Notes: generated by a model from the sequence alone, not told the origin. Numbered from the stretch's first letter, positions 1-9,700 are shown. The stretch: 64,000 nt of DNA from Dehalococcoidia bacterium (GCA_963555985.3 OY820591.1:1120001-1184000), one strand, 5' to 3'. Program-made: numbers and translations.

Positions 1-160
1 GCTTGAGACCGCCCAAGAGTCCGCCTTTGGCGGACGTCTCCAGGTTGATGCTGTCGGACATGCTCACCATTGCGCCCGCTTCGGCTTGCAGCTGTTCGCC
101 GCTGGCGAGCTCGATTCGTCCGAGCGCGTAGGACGGCCGGTGCAGGATCTCGTATCGCAT
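1..160 (-). CDS. AIM24/TIGR00266-family protein, 5' part (runs off window start)
   Basis: Manual translation from ATG at 160: MRYEILHRPSYALGRIELASGEQLQAEAGAMVSMSDSINLETSAKGGLLGGLK. 'AEAGAMVSMS...GGLLGGLKR' is typical of AIM24-family N-termini. Not in the ORF track. Confidence 0.8.
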   Translation of the reverse strand, partial: MRYEILHRPSYALGRIELASGEQLQAEAGAMVSMSDSINLETSAKGGLLGGLK

Positions 161-207
161 TCATTCACTCCGTTTCGTTCCGCCGCAGGTTTCGAGCTCA
201 CACTAGG

Positions 208-1071
208 TCAGCCGGAGTGTGCGCGCAGAAACTCACGAATTGCATCGAGGGTGGCTGGCAACTTCTCAGGTGAGCGCGCGTCTACGTCCAAGCAGCGTGC
301 ATTGGGCGCCTCGTTGCAGATGCGATGGCCGATCCCGGTTGGGTGGAATGGGTCTGAGCCGGGGAGCACCAGCATGGGCGCGTAGGAGCGTTGGACCGAG
401 ACCTCGTTGACCGCGAAGTAGGGCGGGAGGTTCGGCCACATCCCGTCGCGGAATTCGACCACGAGGGCGATGTAGGCCTCTCGGCGCATGGTGCGGACGG
501 CGTCGGCGAAGAGCGGTTCGTCGTGGATGCGCTGGGCGAAGGGTCCGGCCTCGTTGTTCTGCATGAACACAGGATCGCGCTGGGCGGCCGCGATCACGGC
601 CTCAAGTCCCTCGGCGCGGCAGAGGCGGATGGTGGGATTGAACATGTCGTAGAAGGTCTCGGGCGAATTGGTTTCGTCGAGGCCGACCGGATCCTGCATG
701 ACCAGACCGGCGACGCGGGCGGGTGCCTGATCGGCGAGGCGGAGCGCGTAGGCGCAGCCGATGCAGCCGCCCATGACGTGCGCTCGGGGCACGTCCAGAT
801 CGTTGAGCACGGCGATCTGATCGAGCATTGCTTTCTCGTAGTTGAACGGCTCGAGTGCGGTCTTGCTTTGGCCGCAATGGCGCTGATCCATACCGATCAC
901 CATGAACTCGTCGGAGAACGATTCGATCGGGTTGATGATCGAGCGCTGCCAGAACTCGATCTGGGAGTTGACGCCGCCGGGGGCGAAGAGGAGGAGGGGC
1001 GTGCCTCCGTTGCTCTCGCCGAAGACTTGGTAGTGGATCGTGGTCCCGTCCGGTCGCATGACTTCAGCCAT
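208..1071 (-). CDS. Alpha/beta-fold hydrolase with Cys at the nucleophile elbow
   Basis: PLLLFAPGG oxyanion region, 'VIGMDQRHCGQS', nucleophile elbow HVMGGCIG, 'PMLVLPGSDPFH'. Confidence 0.85.
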   Translation of the reverse strand: MAEVMRPDGTTIHYQVFGESNGGTPLLLFAPGGVNSQIEFWQRSIINPIESFSDEFMVIGMDQRHCGQSKTALEPFNYEKAMLDQIAVLNDLDVPRAHVMGGCIGCAYALRLADQAPARVAGLVMQDPVGLDETNSPETFYDMFNPTIRLCRAEGLEAVIAAAQRDPVFMQNNEAGPFAQRIHDEPLFADAVRTMRREAYIALVVEFRDGMWPNLPPYFAVNEVSVQRSYAPMLVLPGSDPFHPTGIGHRICNEAPNARCLDVDARSPEKLPATLDAIREFLRAHSG

Positions 1072-1181
1072 TGCCGCGCTCCTCTCAAACGCGCTCAGTG
1101 TATCCGCAGGGTGTTGCCGGCCGGCAGGGGGGCGGCTGATTTCGCTAGTATTTCGGTAGCTGACGATTGGCAGGATTTTTC

Positions 1182-2510
1182 ATGGTCACGACCGAAGCCC
1201 CTCGACTCTCGCTCGACACGCTGGACATCACCGACTCGGACCGGTACCGGGACTTTGGGTATCCCTGGGCGGAGTGGGACCTGTTGCGGCGGGAATCTCC
1301 GGTGTTCTGGTATCAGCGGCCGGGGTTTGAGCCGTTCTGGGCGATCACGAAACATGCGGATATTCGCTACATTTCGTCGCATCCGGAGCTGTTCTCGAAC
1401 TCACAGATGCTGAGGCTGAACACCGCGCAGAAGCTCGCGCAGCAGCAGACGGAGCGGGAGTTTCAGATCAACCGGACGGGGGGCGATCCTTCGGACCCGC
1501 AGGACTTTATCTGGATGGATCCGCCGGAGCACCGGATGCACCGGGGGATTGTGGCTCGACACTTCACGCCTCGGGTGATGAAGACGCTGGAGGATCACTT
1601 CGCGGAGATGGCGGAGGACTACGTCTCGGACTTTGCGGAGAAGGTGGTGGCGAGCTTCGCCGAGCGCGGGGTGGAGTCGGCGGTTGACGTGGTGCATGAG
1701 CTGTCGGCGAAGCTGCCGGTGGCGGCGATCTGCGACATGGGCGGGGTACCGGAAGAGGACTGGGAGAAGATCTTCCAGTGGACGGAGACGTTTGCGGGGC
1801 AGGACGATCCGGAGTACTGGGAGCCGGGCGAGACGTCGATCCAGGCGACGCAGCGGGTGGTGCGGGAGTGGTTCCGGCATACGCAGAGTCTGATTGAGGA
1901 GCGTCAGCGGAACGGGTTCGGGGACGATTTGCTGAGCGATCTGTTGCGGGCGGAGGTTGACGGGCGCAAGCTGACGCCGGACGAGGTGCACAACTACTTC
2001 TTCCTGCTGCTGGCGGCAGGCAATGAGACGACGCGGAATGCGATCACGGGCGGGGTGAAGGCGCTGCTGGATCATCCGGAGCAGATGCAGATGCTGGTGG
2101 ACGATCCGTCGCTGGTGCCGTCGGCGGTGGAGGAGATCCTGCGCTGGACCTCGATCGTGATCCAGTTCCAGCGGACAGCGGTGCAAGACGTGGAGCTTGG
2201 TGGTCAACTGATTCGCAAGGGGGAGTCGGTGGTGTTGTGGTATCCGTCGGCGAACCGGGACGAGGAAGTGTTTGAGGATCCGTACCGGTTCGACATTACG
2301 CGCACAGAGAACGATCACTTTGCGTTTGGCGGGTACGGGGAGCACTTCTGCTTGGGGGCGAACCTGGCTCGGTGGGAGATGCGTTCGATCTTTCATGCGT
2401 TGCGGCCGATCCTGCCGCAGTTGGAGATTGCGGCGGATCCGGAGTACGTGATCTCGTTCCTGCACGTGGGCGGGATCAAGCGGCAGATGGTTCGCTACCG
2501 CCCGGCCTGA
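1182..2510 (+). CDS. Cytochrome P450, CYP125-like (paralogue 1)
   Basis: I-helix AGNETT, EEILR (ExxR), heme motif FGGYGEHFCLG. ATG at 1182 gives 442 aa, the same length as the two paralogues. Confidence 0.95.
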   Translation: MVTTEAPRLSLDTLDITDSDRYRDFGYPWAEWDLLRRESPVFWYQRPGFEPFWAITKHADIRYISSHPELFSNSQMLRLNTAQKLAQQQTEREFQINRTGGDPSDPQDFIWMDPPEHRMHRGIVARHFTPRVMKTLEDHFAEMAEDYVSDFAEKVVASFAERGVESAVDVVHELSAKLPVAAICDMGGVPEEDWEKIFQWTETFAGQDDPEYWEPGETSIQATQRVVREWFRHTQSLIEERQRNGFGDDLLSDLLRAEVDGRKLTPDEVHNYFFLLLAAGNETTRNAITGGVKALLDHPEQMQMLVDDPSLVPSAVEEILRWTSIVIQFQRTAVQDVELGGQLIRKGESVVLWYPSANRDEEVFEDPYRFDITRTENDHFAFGGYGEHFCLGANLARWEMRSIFHALRPILPQLEIAADPEYVISFLHVGGIKRQMVRYRPA

Positions 2511-2559
2511 GCGCGGCGCTGCCGTAGCATGTCGATGAGCAAGACTGAGAGGGGTTGAC

Positions 2560-3888
2560 ATGGTTACCGCCGAGGCACCGGGAATGACGCTCGACACTGT
2601 CGATATCACGAATTCGGATCGCTACCGGGACGAGGGCTACCCGTGGGCGGAATGGGACTTGCTGCGCCGCGAAGCGCCGGTCTACTGGTACCAGCGGCCG
2701 GGGTATGAGCCGTTCTGGGCGATCACCAAACACGCCGATATTCGCTTCATCTCGTCGCATCCCGAGCTGTTCTCGAACAAGCAGATGCTGCGGCTGAACA
2801 CGGCGCGGAAGCTGGGCACGGCGCAGCGGAGCCGGGATTTGCAGATGAACTTCACGGGAGGCGATCCGGCTGACCCGCCCGATTTCATTTATATGGACCC
2901 ACCCGAGCACCGGCAGCATCGGAGTCTGGTAGCGCGGCACTTCACGCCGCGGGTGATGAAGATGCTGGAGGATCACTTTGCGGAGATGGCGGAGAACTAC
3001 GTCTCCGACTTTGCGGACAAGGTGGTGAACGACTTTGCGGAGCGGGGGAAGTCGTCGGCGGTGGATCTGGTGCATGAGCTGTCGGCGAAGCTGCCGGTTG
3101 CGGCGATCTGCGATATGGGCGGGGTACCGGAGGAGGACTGGGATCAGATCTTTGAGTGGACGGAGGTCCTGGTTGGGGCTGATGATCCTGAGTTTCGGTT
3201 GCCGGGGGAGTCTCCGTCTCAAGCATCGCGGCGGATCGGCGAGGAATGGTTCCGCTACAACTACGAGCTGATTCAGCAGCGGCAGGCCGAGGGTCTGGGC
3301 GACGATCTCTTGAGCGATCTGTTGCGTGCGGAGGTTGACGGGCGCAAGCTGTCGCCGGCTGAGATTCATGGGTACTTCGTGCTGCTATTGGCGGCGGGGA
3401 ACGAGACCACTCGCAACTCGATCAGCGGCGGGGTGAAAGCGCTGCTGGATCATCCTGAGCAGATGCAGATGCTGGTGGACGACGCCTCGCTGGTGCCGTC
3501 GGCGGTTGAGGAGATTCTGCGCTGGACGTCGATCGTGATTCAGTTCCAGCGGACGGCGGTCGAAGATGTCGAGTTGCGGGGCAAGCAGATTCGCAAGGGC
3601 GAGTCGGTGGTGTTGTGGTATCCGTCGGCGAACCGGGATGAGGATGTGTTCGAGGATCCGTACCGGTTCGACATCATGCGCGAGGAGAACGATCACTTCG
3701 CGTTTGGCGGGTACGGCGAACACTTCTGTCTGGGGGCGAACTTGGCTCGCTGGGAGATGCGCTCGATCTTCCATGCGCTGCGTCCGGTGCTGCCGCAGTT
3801 GGAGCTGGCGGCTCCGCCGGAGAATGTGATCGCATTCCTACACGTAGGCGGGATCAAGCGGCAGCTGGTACGTCACCGTCCGGGGTGA
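2560..3888 (+). CDS. Cytochrome P450, CYP125-like (paralogue 2)
   Basis: AGNETT, EEILR, FGGYGEHFCLG; RBS GAGGGG upstream. Confidence 0.95.
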   Translation: MVTAEAPGMTLDTVDITNSDRYRDEGYPWAEWDLLRREAPVYWYQRPGYEPFWAITKHADIRFISSHPELFSNKQMLRLNTARKLGTAQRSRDLQMNFTGGDPADPPDFIYMDPPEHRQHRSLVARHFTPRVMKMLEDHFAEMAENYVSDFADKVVNDFAERGKSSAVDLVHELSAKLPVAAICDMGGVPEEDWDQIFEWTEVLVGADDPEFRLPGESPSQASRRIGEEWFRYNYELIQQRQAEGLGDDLLSDLLRAEVDGRKLSPAEIHGYFVLLLAAGNETTRNSISGGVKALLDHPEQMQMLVDDASLVPSAVEEILRWTSIVIQFQRTAVEDVELRGKQIRKGESVVLWYPSANRDEDVFEDPYRFDIMREENDHFAFGGYGEHFCLGANLARWEMRSIFHALRPVLPQLELAAPPENVIAFLHVGGIKRQLVRHRPG

Positions 3889-3940
3889 GGCGGCGCTGTC
3901 TGCGATGTAGGGTTGGCCCAAGGACGAGACGGGGCGTGCA

Positions 3941-4522
3941 ATGGTTCGGCGGAAGGCGCTGACCAAGTTCAAGTACAAGCCGGAGAAGTTCCGGGAGTTG
4001 ATCGTGTACATTGCGCGGCGATGTGCCGATGACCCGACCTTTGGCTCGGTCAAGCTGAACAAAATTCTGTTCTACGCCGACTTTGCCGCCTATCGACAGT
4101 TGCGGGAACCGATCACGGGTGCCACGTACCGGAAGCTGTCGGAGGGTCCGGCGCCGAAAGAACTACTCCGGGCGCGCGACGCGCTGATCGACTCGGGGCG
4201 GATCGAGATGGAGGCTCGCACATATTTCGGCTTGGTGCAGAAGCGCCCGGTTGTGGTACCTGGGAGCACAATCGATACGTCGGTGTTTTCCCAGACCGAA
4301 CTTGACATCGTAGACGAGACGGTCGAGTTCTTCCGGGGTAAGTCGGCGCGAGAGGTGTCCGATTACTCGCACCGAGAGCCGGGCTGGATTCTGGCTGAGG
4401 AGCTCGAAGAGATTCCCTACCAGACTGCGCACCTCAACTCGGAGCCGATAGACCAGGAGACTCAGTTGCGCGCGCTGGAGATTGCCCGCGAACTCGAAGC
4501 GTCGCGTCGCGCTGGCGGCTAG
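3941..4522 (+). CDS. Panacea (DUF4065/SocA/GepA-like) domain antitoxin
   Basis: 'KLNKILFYADF...ITGATYRKLSEGPAP' and 'SAREVSDYSHREPGW' match the KLxKLLYY...GPV...L...SH.E..W pattern of Panacea domains. Confidence 0.8.
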   Translation: MVRRKALTKFKYKPEKFRELIVYIARRCADDPTFGSVKLNKILFYADFAAYRQLREPITGATYRKLSEGPAPKELLRARDALIDSGRIEMEARTYFGLVQKRPVVVPGSTIDTSVFSQTELDIVDETVEFFRGKSAREVSDYSHREPGWILAEELEEIPYQTAHLNSEPIDQETQLRALEIARELEASRRAGG

Positions 4523-4525
4523 CCG

Positions 4526-4807
4526 ATGCCGATTGGAAGTGGATGGGCACTCGACGATACGGAGCGATATCGGGCCGAGTACGACGAAGTGGTTCTCGGC
4601 GACGTTTGGCTCGAGGATCAGATTGAGATTCTCTGCCAGGGGCTGCTACGTGGGCCTGCTGGGCCTCCTTTCGCAGAGCGGATACTAGGCACCTATTGGT
4701 ATGCGGTCCTGCCAGGACCGCCACAATTGATGGTCTTGTACACGGTGGACGAGGACGCTCGGGAAATCCTGCTGGAGAGTTTGCGGGTGTCGCAGTCGTA
4801 CGACTAG
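4526..4807 (+). CDS. Small protein, putative RelE/ParE-fold toxin partner of the Panacea antitoxin
   Basis: 93 aa, 3 nt downstream of the Panacea gene; C-terminal 'LMVLYTVDEDAREILLESLR' resembles RelE/ParE terminal beta-strands. Confidence 0.5.
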   Translation: MPIGSGWALDDTERYRAEYDEVVLGDVWLEDQIEILCQGLLRGPAGPPFAERILGTYWYAVLPGPPQLMVLYTVDEDAREILLESLRVSQSYD

Positions 4808-4890
4808 GCAGAAGCTAGGCGCCGTGCCTTCGTCGAATTCGCTATCCTCGTTGCATCCGCAGCCCTTCCTCGATCGAATAGGAGCCACGC

Positions 4891-6219
4891 ATGGTTACGG
4901 CTGAACACCCTGGACTGACGCTGGACACGCTCGACATCACGGATACGTCGCTCTACGTGGAGCATGGCTATCCGTGGGCGGCTTGGGACCTACTGCGACG
5001 GGAGGCACCGGTGTATTGGTACCAGCGGCCGAATTTCGAGCCGTTCTGGGCGATCACCAAGCACGCGGATATCCGCTACATCTCGTCGCATCCGGAGTTG
5101 TTCTCGAACACGCAGCTGCTTCGGATGAACGATCACGACTCGATCGGCATCATCGAGCGTGGACGCGAGGTGAATGCGAATCGCTACGGGGGTCATCCGA
5201 GTGAGCCGCCGGACTTCATCTTCATGGACCCGCCGGAGCACCGGGAGCACCGGCGGCTGGTGGCGCATCACTTCACGCCGCGGATGATGAAGAGGCTCGA
5301 GGACCACTTTGCGGAGATGTCGGAGAACTACATCTCGACGTTCGCGGATCACATCGTGGCGGACTTCGCAGAGCGAGGGAAGACCAGCGCCCTGGACGTG
5401 GTGCATGAGGTGTCGGCGTTGCTGCCGGTGGCGGCGATCTGCGACATGGCGGGGGTGCCGGAGGAGGATTGGTCGCAGATTTTCCACTGGACGGAGACGA
5501 GCGCGGGCGCAGCCGATCCGGAGTTCCGGCTGCCCGGCGAAGACCGCGAGCAGACGATCCGGCGGGTGAATCTGGAGTTCAACCGGTACAACGAGGGTCT
5601 GGTGCGGAACCGCGAAGCGTATGGGTTGGGCGACGACCTGCTCAGCGATCTGATGCGGGCCGAGGTCGGCGGCGAACACTTGACGCCGCGTGAGATCTCG
5701 TCGTACTTCCGCTTGCTGATTGGGGCGGGGAACGAAACGACCCGCAACTCGATCACTGGCGGGGTGAAGGCGTTGCTGGAACACCGAGATCAACTCGACG
5801 ACCTGATTGCGAACCCGGAGTTGATCCCCTCGGCGGTTGAGGAGATCCTGCGCTGGACGTCGATCGTGATCCAATTCCAGCGGACGGTGACGGAGGACCT
5901 CGAACTGCGGGGCAAGCAGCTTCGTAAGGGCGACTCGATCGTGATGTGGTATCCGTCGGCGAACCGGGACGAGGAAGTGTTCCCGGATCCGTACAAGTTC
6001 GACATCCGGCGGGACCCAAACGATCACTTCGCGTTTGGCGGGTACGGCGAGCACTTCTGCCTGGGGGCGAACCTGGCACGCTGGGAGATGCGGGCCATCT
6101 TTCATGCTCTACTGCCGATTTTGCCGAACCTGGAGCTCGCCGGTGAGCCGGAGATGGTTCCGCAGAGCTTGCATGTCGGCGGGATCAAGCGGCAGATGGT
6201 GCGGTACCGGCCGAGCTAG
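4891..6219 (+). CDS. Cytochrome P450, CYP125-like (paralogue 3)
   Basis: GAGNETT, EEILR, FGGYGEHFCLG; RBS AGGAG upstream; 442 aa. Confidence 0.95.
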   Translation: MVTAEHPGLTLDTLDITDTSLYVEHGYPWAAWDLLRREAPVYWYQRPNFEPFWAITKHADIRYISSHPELFSNTQLLRMNDHDSIGIIERGREVNANRYGGHPSEPPDFIFMDPPEHREHRRLVAHHFTPRMMKRLEDHFAEMSENYISTFADHIVADFAERGKTSALDVVHEVSALLPVAAICDMAGVPEEDWSQIFHWTETSAGAADPEFRLPGEDREQTIRRVNLEFNRYNEGLVRNREAYGLGDDLLSDLMRAEVGGEHLTPREISSYFRLLIGAGNETTRNSITGGVKALLEHRDQLDDLIANPELIPSAVEEILRWTSIVIQFQRTVTEDLELRGKQLRKGDSIVMWYPSANRDEEVFPDPYKFDIRRDPNDHFAFGGYGEHFCLGANLARWEMRAIFHALLPILPNLELAGEPEMVPQSLHVGGIKRQMVRYRPS

Positions 6220-6222
6220 CTG

Positions 6223-9204
6223 GTGCCGCTGCTGCGCCGGCCTGCCCTGATCGTTCTGGCGCTGTCGGCGCTGTCGTTCGCAGCGCTGATCGGCTGGTGG
6301 CCTTCGGCGGGCGCCGACGAGCCGGACGCCGAGTATCGGCTTGGCGGTCAGATTCTGACCCGGCTGCGGGATGACGGCCGGATTGAATTCTGTTTTCGGC
6401 CTGAAGGCCAAACGCTGGTTTGCCCGCACTTGCGCCTGCTCAATCTGGAACGGGCGCAGCCGGAGCAATGGGTTGGGAGCAGCGAATTCAGATGGCAGGT
6501 TCCCGCTGACGCGGATCGGATCGTCTATCCGACGCTGATTGCACCTGCGCAGCCCGACGATTCCGGTTGCACACCCGACTTCAGGCGCATGTTCGCGGCG
6601 ATCTGGAAAGTTGAGACCACTCGTTCTTTTGCCACTGCCTTCCACATTGGAGGCGGCCGCTTCATTACGGCGCACCATGCCGTCCAACGGCGGCCACCGT
6701 TCGTTTCGCTGATTCACGGCGAGCGGACGGTTGCGGCGGGGGTGATTGGGTTTGATCCCGAATTCGATCTGGCGTTGCTTGAAGTGGAGGTACCGGCACT
6801 GGTTCAGGATCTGCCGTCGTTGCGGCTCCGCGCACCGACTCCGGCCGATGTGGGTAAGCCTGTCTATCTGATCGGGTATCCGGGCGGTGAAGCGCTGACG
6901 CTGCACGGCGGCGGCGTGGTCGCGCAGGTTTGGGACGATGTGATTCAGACCAGCAGCGCTTCGCGCGGGGGCACGAGCGGTGGGCCGATGTTCGACGAAT
7001 GCGGCGACGTGATCGGCGTTCACTGGGCGGGCAGCAGCGATTGGGCATACACGAGCTCCGGGGCGGCGTTGATTGACGCACTCGAGCGGATCAATGGACA
7101 GTGGCCAAGCTGGCCGCGCGTGCCCGGCGATCTTCCTGCTCCGCTCGATGCGCCGGGGCGCTTGGTCTGGCACTACGAGGCAGCACCGCCGGCGCAGGTT
7201 GACTGTTCGGAGCTCGATGCTGAGTGGTGGATCGGCCTCGCTGGTGTTGGCGGCGAGCTTGAGGTGCGGGCTGATTTGGAACGCAGCGGCTGGCGGCAGA
7301 TCGGCGTCTGCGGCGCAGACGGTCCAGAGGACTATGACAACGGGAGTACCTATATCGCTGCATTGGCGCGCGCGCCTATCGACGGTTCTGGTGAAGCAGG
7401 CGTGCGCTGCGAGCCGGCCGCCGCTGGCCAGAGCGATGTGCTCTACGAGTCGCTGGCAGTGTTCGGGGCGGCGCGTCTGATCGTGCATGACGAGACGCCG
7501 CTTTGCGACGATCAGGTCGATTACCGGCTGCGGATCGACCTTGATCAGCCTCGCTCGTTTGGCGAGACACTCAGCGCAACCCTGATCGGCCGCGACGGCC
7601 GCCTGGTGGTGGGTGATTGGGCGGGGAAGTCTTACCAGGGAGTGTCGTCGTCTGTGGACTCGCCGATTGTTACGTTCTGGCAAGAGTGGATGGCGGCGGC
7701 TGACTTCGAGCCGGTTGCATTTCGGGTTGTGCTCGGTTCCGAGCGGTGGACGATCCCGATTGAGTCTGCTCCCCGCGCGGAGAGCGGGTTGGGTTCGCCT
7801 CTTCCTGAGGGAGCATTTGTCGAGCAATCGGGGCGGATCATGGTTCGGGTTGAGGAGGGGGGCAGTGTCTTGCGTGCGTGCTTTCAGGCGGACAGCGGAG
7901 CGCGGATCTGTCCGGAGAGCGGCGTTCTTCGGCTTGACGGCTTGATTCCCTATCGCTGGCGGGAGTCGCCGCCGCTTCGTTGGACGGCGGAGCTTCCGGC
8001 TGAGGCCGTACCGGAGCTGATTTACTCGCGTCCGCGCACTGATCGCTCCTGCGCGTATCAGGATTCGGTGCAGCTCTCGGGTTGGCAACTGAATACGTTG
8101 GCCGGTACCGAGACGGCGGTGTACGTGGGCGAGGGGCAGTTCCTCGTGAGTCGGTATCGGCTGCCGGATACTGCGCCCTGGGGTGTGGTCGCTCGCGGTG
8201 AGATTGCGCTGCCGGTGATTGGAGTGGCGACAGACCCGCGCAACGATTTGGCGCTCGTCGAAATCTTCGATCCGGAGGCCGAGTTGGATCTTGGCCCGCC
8301 GGCGGTGTTCGGCTCGACCAGCGAGGCGTTGATCGGCGCTGACGCTCACCTGGTCGTCTATCCGGAAGGATCGGCGCGGCGATTCACTGTGGCTGCGGTT
8401 GCGGTGGCGGAGTTGAGCGAGCGGGTGCTGAGAGTGGAGCCGACGGGGATTCGCAGGCACGGCGGCCCTCTGATCGATCTCTGCACCGGTCAGTTGCTTG
8501 GCTTGGCGCTTGGCGGCGATGATCTGTTGCGGGCGGAGACGGTCGCGGCTTCGCTGGCGGAGATGCGCAAGCGAATTGCGCGGCCGGTCTTCCCGCAGGA
8601 CGGGCCGCCTGCACATGGTTCCGCCGCGGCGTACCCGCAGCCGCTTTACGCGGGCGCGGTTCAGCCGGAGTTCTCGGGCAGGGTCTGCTTGATCCAGCCT
8701 TCGGAACGCTATGGGCAGCGCTATGCGGTGTATGTGTCCACGATCGACAATCCCGATGTGTGGCAGGTCTATGAGAAGGACGACGAGCGGCCTCAGACCT
8801 GCGACTTTGGGGACAAGATTTTCATTGTGGAGTATCGCGCGGAACAGCCGCCGTCGGCGGTCTGCATCGAACCTCGGCGCCCGCTTTCTCCGCTTTCCAA
8901 CGTTGAGTGGGGGCTCGAGGCTCCGAAGGGGATTGCGCTGTTCCTGGCCCGCGAATTTCCGCGCAACGATTGTCCGGGGTTGTCGAAGACGGAGCGGACG
9001 AGGTGGTTCTCGACCCACTATTTCGAGTTGCGCAATACGAGCGAGTACGACTTTGTCGATCTCACGGTGCGGGTTGTGAATGAGGCGGGCAAGGAGTTCA
9101 CGCCGCGCCGCGACCGGCACAGCTTCGCCGATTCTGACATCTGGGCTTGGCGGGTGGACGTCACGGAGGGGGAGCCGGTGAAGGTGGTGGTGACGGTGGA
9201 GTGA
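6223..9204 (+). CDS. Secreted multidomain protein with one intact and one degenerate trypsin-like (S1) protease domain
   Basis: N-terminal signal peptide. First domain has ITAHH (His), DLALL (Asp), GTSGGP (Ser). Second copy has LVSRY, DLALV, RHGGP (His and Ser lost). Confidence 0.8.
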   Translation: MPLLRRPALIVLALSALSFAALIGWWPSAGADEPDAEYRLGGQILTRLRDDGRIEFCFRPEGQTLVCPHLRLLNLERAQPEQWVGSSEFRWQVPADADRIVYPTLIAPAQPDDSGCTPDFRRMFAAIWKVETTRSFATAFHIGGGRFITAHHAVQRRPPFVSLIHGERTVAAGVIGFDPEFDLALLEVEVPALVQDLPSLRLRAPTPADVGKPVYLIGYPGGEALTLHGGGVVAQVWDDVIQTSSASRGGTSGGPMFDECGDVIGVHWAGSSDWAYTSSGAALIDALERINGQWPSWPRVPGDLPAPLDAPGRLVWHYEAAPPAQVDCSELDAEWWIGLAGVGGELEVRADLERSGWRQIGVCGADGPEDYDNGSTYIAALARAPIDGSGEAGVRCEPAAAGQSDVLYESLAVFGAARLIVHDETPLCDDQVDYRLRIDLDQPRSFGETLSATLIGRDGRLVVGDWAGKSYQGVSSSVDSPIVTFWQEWMAAADFEPVAFRVVLGSERWTIPIESAPRAESGLGSPLPEGAFVEQSGRIMVRVEEGGSVLRACFQADSGARICPESGVLRLDGLIPYRWRESPPLRWTAELPAEAVPELIYSRPRTDRSCAYQDSVQLSGWQLNTLAGTETAVYVGEGQFLVSRYRLPDTAPWGVVARGEIALPVIGVATDPRNDLALVEIFDPEAELDLGPPAVFGSTSEALIGADAHLVVYPEGSARRFTVAAVAVAELSERVLRVEPTGIRRHGGPLIDLCTGQLLGLALGGDDLLRAETVAASLAEMRKRIARPVFPQDGPPAHGSAAAYPQPLYAGAVQPEFSGRVCLIQPSERYGQRYAVYVSTIDNPDVWQVYEKDDERPQTCDFGDKIFIVEYRAEQPPSAVCIEPRRPLSPLSNVEWGLEAPKGIALFLAREFPRNDCPGLSKTERTRWFSTHYFELRNTSEYDFVDLTVRVVNEAGKEFTPRRDRHSFADSDIWAWRVDVTEGEPVKVVVTVE

Positions 9205-9235
9205 GGTTGCGCTGGTTAGCTGGCTGCGGTTGGAA

Positions 9236-9496
9236 TCAGTCGAAGACGGCGATTACGATTGAGAGGACGGCCACTGCGACGCCTGCGATCAAGAGCACGC
9301 CGAGCAGGAGCTGATTGCGTAGTTCGGCCATGTCTTTGCGTAGTTCGGCGGTTTGTTGGTTGAGGCGGGCTTCGAAGAACTTGCGGCCGACGTATTCTTC
9401 CGCGATCGCGCTGGTGGCTTCATCGGCCGGTTCCTCTTCGGCGCCCATTGAGCGGAAGGCTCGACGCAGGCGCAGGACCGGATCCATCGTTGCCAC
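9236..9496 (-). CDS. Small coiled-coil protein with C-terminal TM helix (DUF1640/CCDC90-like)
   Basis: 'RAFRSMGAEEEPADEA', heptad 'AELRKDMAELRNQL', hydrophobic C-terminus; GAGGAGG RBS before GTG. Confidence 0.6.
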   Translation of the reverse strand: MATMDPVLRLRRAFRSMGAEEEPADEATSAIAEEYVGRKFFEARLNQQTAELRKDMAELRNQLLLGVLLIAGVAVAVLSIVIAVFD

Positions 9497-9521
9497 GTTT
9501 GGCCTCCTCGTCTGTCTCAGT

Positions 9522-9620
9522 CTATCCGACTCGGGCGCGGTCGTTTCGCGGCTGGGTGGTCTCGTCTCTAGGAGTGAAGACCGCTCGGGACTTTTTGCCG
9601 CCGTGGATTTGGGATTCGCG
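9522..9620 (-). pseudogene. Orphan duplicate of the 3' end of the type IIG methylase gene
   Basis: Translates QIHGGKKSRAVFTPRDETTQPRNDRARVG* versus the methylase end QIHGGKKSRVLFTPTGEKSVSRSDRT*; 9586-9613 matches 11371-11398 at 27/28 nt. Confidence 0.8.
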
Positions 9621-9700
9621 GGGGGGGTGTTCGGCGGGCGGGCGAATTTTTGGGTGGATGACGTGAATTTGCCGCCTGGGGCGGCGAATTGCGGGTTGAG

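Noticed and set aside
6109-9120. 1003-aa ORF antisense to the trypsin-like gene
   Set aside because: Arg/Pro-rich with no motifs; a typical stop-poor shadow frame in high-GC DNA opposite a gene with clear motifs.
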